NCBI GenBank assembly: GCA_963710755.1
Contig: CAVQBK010000003.1
Coordinates: 640,001-704,000, forward strand
Direction: 5' to 3'
Source: an uncultured bacterium
GTDB lineage: Bacteria > Oederibacteriota > JAAXVQ01 > JAUVAV01
Length of the DNA stretch: 64,000 bases
Below, piece by piece: positions 56,631-64,000 of the stretch (the stretch's first letter is position 1; every line of letters begins with the position of its first letter). A model generated the notes under the pieces. It ran no database searches and had not been told where the DNA came from. It worked only from the letters and a program-made list of their open reading frames with translations. Both the position numbers and the translations under genes were made by a program.

Positions 56631-59600
56631 TTGATCACCGTCAAGCGGCCCGCAGGAAAGCGGTGAGTCTCATTATGTTGATCGCGGGCTGTAATGATAA
56701 ACAGGTAAACCCCAGGGGCCACGCCGGAGACCTGCCAGACATGGTTGTTGTAAGTATTGCCTTTACCCTGGCCTTCCCAATCCCAGACCAACCGGCCGCT
56801 TTGGTTGTATACCCGGATAAGCACCGTGCTGTCTTCGTCAAGCCAGTAGAGAAAAGTTAATTGATCCTGACGGCAGGGATTGGGATAGCTGATGGCTTCA
56901 TTTTGGCTGATCAGCGGTTCCAACACGAAATCAGCCCGATCGCCGGGCGTAAGGTTGGTCATGGTCAGGCTTTTTAGGCCAGTGGCCGAAGCCTTGACAT
57001 CATAGGATCCCGAGGCGAGGCCGTTCAGGATAAAAGCACCGCTTTGGTCTGTGCTGACCTGCTGCACCGGTTGGGTAGAGCCGTGGCTGTAGAGTTTAAT
57101 CTGGGCGTGGCCCACCACGCGGTTGCCTCTACTTTTAACGCTGCCGGCAATGGTGGTGTTCTGAACAATAATCACGTTCTGATTGAAGGTGGAACCACCC
57201 AGGGTAACGAATGTTTGGGTGTTGGCCAGAGCATAATCTTCATGAGTGGCGGTGATGGTGTATAAGCCGGAGTGCAAACCGCTGACCGTGTAATTACCAT
57301 TTTGGTCGGTCATGGTGTAATGCAAGGGCAGGGGGTTGTTGGCCTGGGACAAGGCCACGAAAGCCAAGGGAACGGGTGCACCCAACTGATCTTTAATGGT
57401 GCCTTTGACCGTACCCCCGAGGCGCATGATAAATTCTTTATATTCGGTTTGGGGGGCGGCTTCCACCGTAATGTTCAATGCCGGTTCCACGGCCACATTG
57501 GAACCCAGCATGGCCGTGAACATGGCCTGGCCGGCATAGTTGCCGGGTGGGAGCATTAAATTGTAATTGCCCCATTGATCAGCCGTGGTATAGGCCGTCA
57601 TGCTGCTGTTCCAGAACACCACCCAGCTGTTGGCCATGCGGTTGCCGTACTCATCGCGCACGGTGCCGTAAACCTTGGCGCCGTCGCCGGTGAGGTGGAA
57701 ATTTTGTTGGACCGTCTGACCCGGTGTGGAAAGGATGGTCCGGCTTTGGGCGCCGGCGCCGCCGGCTTCATCCACAGCCGGCAAGACCACGACCGTATAA
57801 TTTCCGGACTCCAGTCCTTCCAGCCGGTAATAGCCCCCGAAATCCGTAAAGGCTTGCTTGGCGAAAAAGGGCATGGACGCCAAAAGGCCGCTGGGTTTGA
57901 TGGCCAGCAACTGCACGCCCACGGCGGAATTGCCGCTGGCATCAACCACAATGCCCTCAATCACCCCGCCCGCTGGCAGGGTCACATTGGCATAGTCCGC
58001 CTGCCCGGCGGTCAGATGAAATTTTCCATAACTGGATTGATAGTTGCCTTCGTTACCGGGGATGATGATTTGCAGATAATCATTGGCCGGCAGGGATTGC
58101 AGTTGGTAAAGCCCATTGTTGTCCTGAAATTCATTCCCCAGTCCCAGTTCGGCATTAAAGGCCACCGCCATGCCGGAGGTGATGGGCTGGTTGCTGGTGT
58201 TCATCACGTAGCCAAAACGCATGCCGCCGGTGGGTAATTTGATCAGCTGTTGTTTGGTTTCATTTTCCGCCACGGTCAGGCCTTTAACCACGGCCTGGGC
58301 ATTGATGGTGTTGCTCGCCGGCGGCTGCACGGCCAGGGTGTAACTTTGATAAGGCGATAGGCCGTCTACTTGGAAATAGCCCAGGCTGTTGGAATAAATC
58401 TCGCGGAAAAGATCTTCAAAGGGATATTGCAAGTCCAGGGAGACCCGGATCTCGGCATTGCTGACCGGCTGGTTGAGGTGATCAACGATAATCCCGGCCA
58501 GTTTGCCTCCGGCCTGGAGGGTCACATTGCGGGTGATGATGACCGCGGGCAGAATTTTAATGCCACTGATTTGGGCACTCTGTAAATTTTGGCCTTGTTG
58601 GGGTACAATGGAAAGCGCATATTGACCCAGGTCCACGCCGCTTAAGGTATAATTACCGCTGCTGTCGGTGACCGTGTATTTACGATTGTTGCTGTTGCCG
58701 TTGGCCGGGAAAACGGTAACTTGGGCATTGTTCACCGGTTGGCCTTGATAATCATTGACCTGGCCCTGCAGGCTGCCGCCGGCCATGAGGGCAAAATCGA
58801 TCATGGCGGTGGTGTTTTGATCTGTGACCTCCACGCTGAAGCGGTAACCATCGGCATAACCGGCCGGTGCGGACACCACCACATTGTAAGGTTCAGGGAA
58901 CAAATGCTGGTGGCTATAAAAGCCGCTGCCATCGGTGATGGCGGAAACCCGAAACTGGTAGTCATCGCTGGCCGCCAATTGGAAATTGACCATGGCTCCG
59001 GCCACCGGCAGCCCGCTGTCCGCATAAACGACGGTGCCTGAAATACCACCGCCCTTGAATAAAAAGAAATTATTGCCGCCGTAGGCCAGCTGATCCTGGA
59101 CCGTAAGTACCAGGGACTTGCTGGGCGCGTGGCTTAAATCTTCGGCGCGCAGCCGTATCAAGCCCGGCGGTTGGTATAGCTGATAAGAGCCGTCACTCTG
59201 GGTGTAAATTTGTGTCCAGGAGGTATGGGTGGGATCGTTTTCCGCGGTGATGGTCACCCCTGCCAGCGGCATTCCGCTGTCGTGATCATAGACATAGCCG
59301 GACAGTTGCGCCCCTACATAAAGCCCGGCTTGATAATGGTTGACGCTGTTATCCACCCAAGCCACTTCACTGTCACGATAGGGCGCAAAGGCCGTTTGGC
59401 TGACCTGGATATAATGGTAGCCGCCGCTGAGGGTCAAATTGCTTAAATAAAAAAAGCCCGAATTGTCGGTGACCGTGGAGTTGCCCCAAGCATCGACTTC
59501 CACATAAGCTCCGGCGCAAGGTGTGTTGTGGGTGGCATCCATGACCACGCCTGTGACATCAAACAGGGCCAGGGCTGGGCGGGTGCTGAAGAGCAGCAAT

Positions 59601-59641
59601 AACAGCGGGAGATAAAGGTGTTTTGGGTTAACTATTTTCAT
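56627..59641 (-). CDS. Secreted protein with ~10 carboxypeptidase-regulatory-like repeats and a T9SS/FlgD-like C-terminal sorting domain
   Basis: Signal peptide; ten G.V.D..G.P domains; terminal SYPNP...IRVYNQSGRLV...W...GVAPGVY. Confidence 0.85.
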   Translation of the reverse strand: MKIVNPKHLYLPLLLLLFSTRPALALFDVTGVVMDATHNTPCAGAYVEVDAWGNSTVTDNSGFFYLSNLTLSGGYHYIQVSQTAFAPYRDSEVAWVDNSVNHYQAGLYVGAQLSGYVYDHDSGMPLAGVTITAENDPTHTSWTQIYTQSDGSYQLYQPPGLIRLRAEDLSHAPSKSLVLTVQDQLAYGGNNFFLFKGGGISGTVVYADSGLPVAGAMVNFQLAASDDYQFRVSAITDGSGFYSHQHLFPEPYNVVVSAPAGYADGYRFSVEVTDQNTTAMIDFALMAGGSLQGQVNDYQGQPVNNAQVTVFPANGNSNNRKYTVTDSSGNYTLSGVDLGQYALSIVPQQGQNLQSAQISGIKILPAVIITRNVTLQAGGKLAGIIVDHLNQPVSNAEIRVSLDLQYPFEDLFREIYSNSLGYFQVDGLSPYQSYTLAVQPPASNTINAQAVVKGLTVAENETKQQLIKLPTGGMRFGYVMNTSNQPITSGMAVAFNAELGLGNEFQDNNGLYQLQSLPANDYLQIIIPGNEGNYQSSYGKFHLTAGQADYANVTLPAGGVIEGIVVDASGNSAVGVQLLAIKPSGLLASMPFFAKQAFTDFGGYYRLEGLESGNYTVVVLPAVDEAGGAGAQSRTILSTPGQTVQQNFHLTGDGAKVYGTVRDEYGNRMANSWVVFWNSSMTAYTTADQWGNYNLMLPPGNYAGQAMFTAMLGSNVAVEPALNITVEAAPQTEYKEFIMRLGGTVKGTIKDQLGAPVPLAFVALSQANNPLPLHYTMTDQNGNYTVSGLHSGLYTITATHEDYALANTQTFVTLGGSTFNQNVIIVQNTTIAGSVKSRGNRVVGHAQIKLYSHGSTQPVQQVSTDQSGAFILNGLASGSYDVKASATGLKSLTMTNLTPGDRADFVLEPLISQNEAISYPNPCRQDQLTFLYWLDEDSTVLIRVYNQSGRLVWDWEGQGKGNTYNNHVWQVSGVAPGVYLFIITARDQHNETHRFPAGRLTVIK

Positions 59642-59905
59642 GCCACCACCGAACCGCCGGCTAACGTAAGCTCTGCCAACGTCATTGTGGACCGTCATAA
59701 CAGCCCTGAGGAGTATCGGTCATTTAACCATCAGGATAACAGGAGATGTAAAAAAGGATATGGACTTTTACGGGCAATGCTTAAGTGCCGTACCCTGGGC
59801 TTGTCGTGGTGACCGGGAAAAAGCATTGAAGCTCAGGCAGGGAGTAGCCGTAACTCTATTCAGCATTAGGGCAGAGATTTTTCAACGTGGAAAGGGAGAG
59901 AGCAT

Positions 59906-60685
59906 ATGAACAAAGCAGGAATGATGATGGTTACGCTCTTGATGGTCATTGGCGGAATGTTGCCGGTATTTGGCGCGGAAACAGCTCCTGTGGAAACGGT
60001 AGTTACCCAGCAGCATGTGGACCCATTATTGGCTGAAGCCAATAGTGCCTATGATCAACGCGGCCAGGAAGGGATGTTAACCAAGGCCGTGGAGACTTAC
60101 CAAACCATCCTTAAACAAGAGCCCGATCAGTATGAAGCCGGCTGGCGCCTTTGCCGGGCCTTGTTTCGGCTGGCTAACAAGACCAAGGATAATCAGCAAG
60201 CTTTAACCTATTTAGCTCAGGGCGAAGCCCTTGGAAAAAACTTGGCGGAAAAATATCCTGAGAGACGGGATGGCCTTTATTGGTACGGGGTATGCATGGG
60301 ACGGGCTGCGGAACGGCGGGGCATTATGAACAGTTTGTTCGCTATTGGGCCCATGCACGATATTATGGAAAAAATATTAAAACTCGATCCTCACGATGCT
60401 TTTGCCCATCATTTTTTAGGTATTCTATACCGCAAGGCGCCGGGTTGGCCCTTGTCTTTGGGCGACAAGAACAAGGCCTTGGAACATGGCCAGGCTGCGG
60501 CTATGTCCGAGCCGGGCAGCACCGTTATTTTGTTGGATTTGGGCAAGACCTATCTTGAGATGGGAAAGAAAGAAGAAGCTAAAAAATTATTTCAACAGAT
60601 TTTAGAAATGCCCGGGTTGGCGGATATGCAACCGGAAACTGAAGAAGATAAGGAAGAAGCCAAGATCTTGCTTGAAAAGATGTAA
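59906..60685 (+). CDS. Secreted TPR-like helical protein
   Basis: Signal peptide, WRLCRA, LG.LY...PGWP.S.GD. Confidence 0.7.
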   Translation: MNKAGMMMVTLLMVIGGMLPVFGAETAPVETVVTQQHVDPLLAEANSAYDQRGQEGMLTKAVETYQTILKQEPDQYEAGWRLCRALFRLANKTKDNQQALTYLAQGEALGKNLAEKYPERRDGLYWYGVCMGRAAERRGIMNSLFAIGPMHDIMEKILKLDPHDAFAHHFLGILYRKAPGWPLSLGDKNKALEHGQAAAMSEPGSTVILLDLGKTYLEMGKKEEAKKLFQQILEMPGLADMQPETEEDKEEAKILLEKM

Positions 60686-60781
60686 TTCACCGTTCCGGTA
60701 GTCATCGGGTCCGGTTTAAACAAACCTGCTTCCTAAAAGCGGCAGTGGGATAAAGTGGCCAGGAAGGCTGTCCGAATATTC

Positions 60782-61003
60782 TTACTGCCCATGCTTTTCA
60801 ATGATTTTTAAAGCCCGCGCCGTCTGGTTGGGATACAAGTCCAGAGGCACCTTGCCGGTTCCTACAACGGCGGCAGCTTTAAAGCGGGCACACTCCCGAA
60901 AATCGTTCCGGCAATATTTGTTAATATAAACCGTGGCCAGCACGGGCGCATTTTTAACGGTGGCCTTAAAAAAAGCGCATTTTTCTTTATATGGGCAGGT
61001 CAT
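60782..61003 (-). CDS. Small four-cysteine hypothetical protein
   Basis: GGAGG RBS; CP....C.FF...YC.....CAR...VP.DLYPN. Confidence 0.75.
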   Translation of the reverse strand: MTCPYKEKCAFFKATVKNAPVLATVYINKYCRNDFRECARFKAAAVVGTGKVPLDLYPNQTARALKIIEKHGQ

Positions 61004-61206
61004 GAAGGTAACCTCCGCAAAAATATCAGGGTTCGGTAGCAGGGCACAAGGCCCGAGGTCAAGAGGCTACCACGAGAAGAGGTCTCATATCCTAATTGAC
61101 GGTTTTAGCCGAAAAAAAATAAGTCCAAATAGATGAAAAAAAACGAAATAAAATGATAGGCATCCGGTCTAATTCTATGACTAATCGACAAAGGAACCGG
61201 ATCCTA

Positions 61207-61566
61207 ATGGAAAAATTATTGATTGTAGATGATGAAGCCTCCCTGCTAAGCGCCTTGGTAGCGGCACTGGAAGATGACTTTGAGATCAAAGTGGCCCAAA
61301 GCGTGGAGGAAGCTTTGCACCTGGTGAAAGATTTTAGTCCGGACGTCCTGCTTACCGATTATAAAATGCCGGGACAAAACGGCCTGACTCTGCTGCAAGC
61401 CTTGACCCATCATTCCCGCCCTATCAGGAAATATCTCTTTTCCGCCTGCCTGTCTGATGAAGAAAAGCGCCGGGTCATGGCCCTGGGTGTGCGCCTCTGC
61501 ATCGCCAAGCCTTTTAACGTCAAGGATCTGCGCCGTCTGCTCCAAGAAAAACCGGAAGCCCAATAA
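61207..61566 (+). CDS. Single-domain response regulator
   Basis: LIVDDE, DVLLTDYKMPG.NG, SA, KPF. Confidence 0.88.
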   Translation: MEKLLIVDDEASLLSALVAALEDDFEIKVAQSVEEALHLVKDFSPDVLLTDYKMPGQNGLTLLQALTHHSRPIRKYLFSACLSDEEKRRVMALGVRLCIAKPFNVKDLRRLLQEKPEAQ

Positions 61567-61639
61567 GGGAAATTGACTTGCCTTGGCATTCATGATAGGG
61601 TTTAAAAAATCCTGAAATGATGACACAAGGAGTCTTTCC

Positions 61640-62188
61640 ATGGTTATTCCTGATTTTATGATCCGCCAATTATCCCGAGAACATGGCATGATTGAGCCCT
61701 GCGCCGAACCCACCTCAGGCGGTATTGTGTCCTATGGTATTTCGTCTTATGGCTATGACATGCGTTTAAGCGACGAATTTAAAGTCTACCAACCGGACGG
61801 CCACAGGGTGGTGGACCCCAAGCAGGCCCGGTCCGAGGATTTTAAAGACTTTAAAGGCCCGGAATTGACCTTGCCGCCTCAGACCTTTTGTCTGGGCCGC
61901 TCCTTGGAATATTTTCGCATTCCCCGCAATGTGATTACGATCTGTACCGGCAAATCCACCTATGCCCGCTGTGGTGTGCTGGTCAATGTCACACCCTTGG
62001 AACCGGAATGGGAAGGCCATGTGACCATGCAGATTGTGAACACCACGCCCATGCCTGTCAAGATCTATGCCCAAGAAGGCATTGCCCAGGTGCTGTTTTT
62101 ACAGAGCGAAGCCATGCCTGAGGTTTCCTATGCGGACAAAGGCGGAAAGTACCAGGGCAGCAAGGGCATTACCTTGTCCAAAACCTGA
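61640..62188 (+). CDS. dcd: dCTP deaminase
   Basis: [30 protein letters not shown]....GKYQ. Confidence 0.97.
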   Translation: MVIPDFMIRQLSREHGMIEPCAEPTSGGIVSYGISSYGYDMRLSDEFKVYQPDGHRVVDPKQARSEDFKDFKGPELTLPPQTFCLGRSLEYFRIPRNVITICTGKSTYARCGVLVNVTPLEPEWEGHVTMQIVNTTPMPVKIYAQEGIAQVLFLQSEAMPEVSYADKGGKYQGSKGITLSKT

Positions 62189-62236
62189 GGCAGCCCGTGC
62201 TGTCATTAAGATCATCATATAAATAAGGATACACTA

Positions 62237-62854
62237 ATGGCTAATCCTGTGGTGGTAAGGGTTCTGCCTCTACCCAACATGCCTGTAGCTTTAATCCTGA
62301 CCCGATTGGGGTACAGGGAAAAAACCGCTGATAAACAACCAATCCTTGCCAAATATGAACCCCTGATTGCGCAGTATGCCCGGTCATTGAAAATTAGGTT
62401 ATTTTATAAATTCAAATCCTTTCATATCAGTGCAGAGGGCTGCGATATTGAAGGCTATCATTTTCAGAGCCAATTGATTCAGCAACGCTTTGCCGGCGTG
62501 CAGCAGGTGGTGCTTATGGCGGCTACCTGCATGCCCGAGGATTTCCATAAAATCAAAGATTATGAAGACCATGGGCAACTGGAGCAAGCGGTGATCCTTG
62601 ATGGCGTGCTCTCGGAAAAAGTCGACTGGGCCCTGGACTTCATGGAAAAAGAGCTGAGCGCTCAAATTAAACATCAAGGACTAACACCGGGCATGCGCCT
62701 GTCCTGCGGGTATGGGGACTTTGCCCTCAAGCATCAACGTTACTTTTATGAGGAACTGGACTTGGCGCAATACGGTGTCCGGCTTACACCGCAGTTTCTG
62801 TTGGTGCCGGAGAAAACCGTGACCGCCATGTTGCCTTTAAAACCGGTGGGATAA
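62237..62854 (+). CDS. Stand-alone methionine synthase B12 reactivation domain
   Basis: RLGY, MAAT, RLSCGYGD..L..Q, GV.LT....L.PEK.VTA; directly upstream of a metH-type gene. Confidence 0.85.
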   Translation: MANPVVVRVLPLPNMPVALILTRLGYREKTADKQPILAKYEPLIAQYARSLKIRLFYKFKSFHISAEGCDIEGYHFQSQLIQQRFAGVQQVVLMAATCMPEDFHKIKDYEDHGQLEQAVILDGVLSEKVDWALDFMEKELSAQIKHQGLTPGMRLSCGYGDFALKHQRYFYEELDLAQYGVRLTPQFLLVPEKTVTAMLPLKPVG

Positions 62855-63087
62855 AAAGAACGGGCCGTCGCTTCGCGTACCCTGCGGGTGTATTTTTTCA
62901 TGCCACCAAGAGTGGGAACCCTAAAGCTATTTATCAACCAAAGTGACTTTTGGCAGTAAGAACGAACTCATTAATCCGGCAGGGGGAACCTTTATTCGCC
63001 CCGTCCGCTGCCAAACGCAAATCTGATAGAGGATGGCCATGTGGAACCCTTGGGAAAACAATTTTTTAAGATTAAATTGAGGACATT

Positions 63088-64000
63088 ATGAATCATTTCA
63101 TCCAAGACCGCTTAAAAGAAAAGGTACTGATTCTGGATGGTTCTACGGGAACCATGCTGCAGCAGCAAGGCATGCCTGCCGGCGTGGCCCCGGAGCGTTT
63201 TTGCCTTGATCAGCCGGAAGTGCTGCAACGCGTCCAACAAGATTACTTGGAGGCAGGATCAGACATTATTTATTCCGCCACCTTTGGAGCCAATCGGATC
63301 AAATTGAAAAATTTTGGCTTGGAGCAGGAGACGTATGAAATTAACCGTCGCTTAGCGGAGCTCTCCGGGGAAGTGGCTCATCGCCAAGGCAAATGGGTGG
63401 CCGGCAGTATTGGTCCAACAGGGGTATTTTTTAATCCTTTTGGCGAGGTCTCCGTGGACGAAGGCGTGGCTGTCTTTAAAGAACAAATTCAAGGCTTGGT
63501 GGCCGGCGGCGTGGATCTGTTGGTGATCGAGACGCAGATTGATATCCAGGAAGCACGCCTGGCCTTGTTGGCCGCCAAGGAGTGCTGTGACCTGCCGGTG
63601 ATGGTCTCCATGACCTTTGACGAAAAAGGCCGTACCCTCACAGGCAGTGATCCTCTCACTTGTCTGAATATCCTTCAATCCCTGGGTGCCAGCGTATTTG
63701 GCATAAATTGTTCCACCGGGCCGGAGCACATGCTGGAGGTGGTCAAGACCCTCAGGGAGGAGGCCGCTATCCCGTTGATGGTAAAACCCAATGCCGGGCT
63801 GCCGGTGATCGTCAAAGGGGAGACTGTATTTCCCATGGCCGCAACCGACTATTGTGTATTTTCCAAACCCTTTTATGATGCAGGGGTGAGCCTCATGGGC
63901 GGCTGTTGCGGCACTACGCCCGAGTATATCCGTCAGGTAGCCGAGGAACTCAAAGGCCTGGTGCCCAAAGTCAGCGCCCATGTCGGTAAGCGGCTGCTGC
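63088..64000 (+). CDS. metH: Homocysteine S-methyltransferase domain of a cobalamin-dependent methionine synthase (runs off the window end)
   Basis: Not in the ORF track. GAGGA RBS, ATG 63088: MNHFIQDRLKEKVLILDGSTGTML...GINCSTGP...KPNAGLP...GGCCGTTP. Confidence 0.85.
   Translation, partial: MNHFIQDRLKEKVLILDGSTGTMLQQQGMPAGVAPERFCLDQPEVLQRVQQDYLEAGSDIIYSATFGANRIKLKNFGLEQETYEINRRLAELSGEVAHRQGKWVAGSIGPTGVFFNPFGEVSVDEGVAVFKEQIQGLVAGGVDLLVIETQIDIQEARLALLAAKECCDLPVMVSMTFDEKGRTLTGSDPLTCLNILQSLGASVFGINCSTGPEHMLEVVKTLREEAAIPLMVKPNAGLPVIVKGETVFPMAATDYCVFSKPFYDAGVSLMGGCCGTTPEYIRQVAEELKGLVPKVSAHVGKRLL

Noticed and set aside
5660-63981. Many long antisense or alternative-frame ORFs (e.g. 5660-6415, 10683-11372, 18939-19628, 50109-50858, 57575-58237, 63352-63981)
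   Set aside because: They are shadows of well-supported genes in moderately GC-rich coding DNA and show no independent motifs.
1-64000. CRISPR array, tRNA, rRNA, integrase or transposase
   Set aside because: No regularly spaced repeat-spacer series, cloverleaf/T-loop signature or recombinase motif was recognised by eye.

Overview
Gene-dense chromosomal segment of a diderm bacterium. It encodes a TonB-receptor N-terminus, PorV-like beta-barrels, OmpA and lipoproteins, and has a tilS-ftsH-folP-cdaA-cdaR gene order. By inference this is a lesser-known or candidate-phylum lineage rather than a Proteobacterium or Bacteroidete. Most genes are housekeeping: a yitJ-type Hcy methyltransferase/MTHFR, tilS, ftsH, folP, cdaA/cdaR, fabH, folD, LOG, a polyprenyl synthase, an 11-subunit complex I (nuoABCDHIJKLMN, no nuoEFG), comEC, a tRNA nucleotidyltransferase, pfkA, pdxA, rsmA, pepA, dcd and a split methionine synthase. 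Signalling genes are numerous: 2 PilZ, 2 receivers, PP2C+STAS, a SiaB/SiaC-like pair and a divergent class III cyclase. Two visibly AT-richer accessory patches (about 1.3-4.9 kb and 52.5-54.7 kb) carry a GT-C membrane glycosyltransferase plus a tail-fibre-like secreted protein, and a SIR2-like protein plus a nonsense-disrupted gene next to VapBC. Cassettes in both patches are bracketed by related GTG(G/C)CTGGCACC near-palindromes, and the second sits between two alleles of the same gene 3' end. Other signals are two related ~100-120 nt multi-stem elements, tandem NrdR-like boxes over the promoter of an unknown 103-aa gene, REP-like hairpins inside the nuo operon, and a T9SS-like cargo/PorV pair. 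No rRNA, tRNA, CRISPR array, integrase or transposase was recognised. All calls come from motif recognition by eye; no database search was run.
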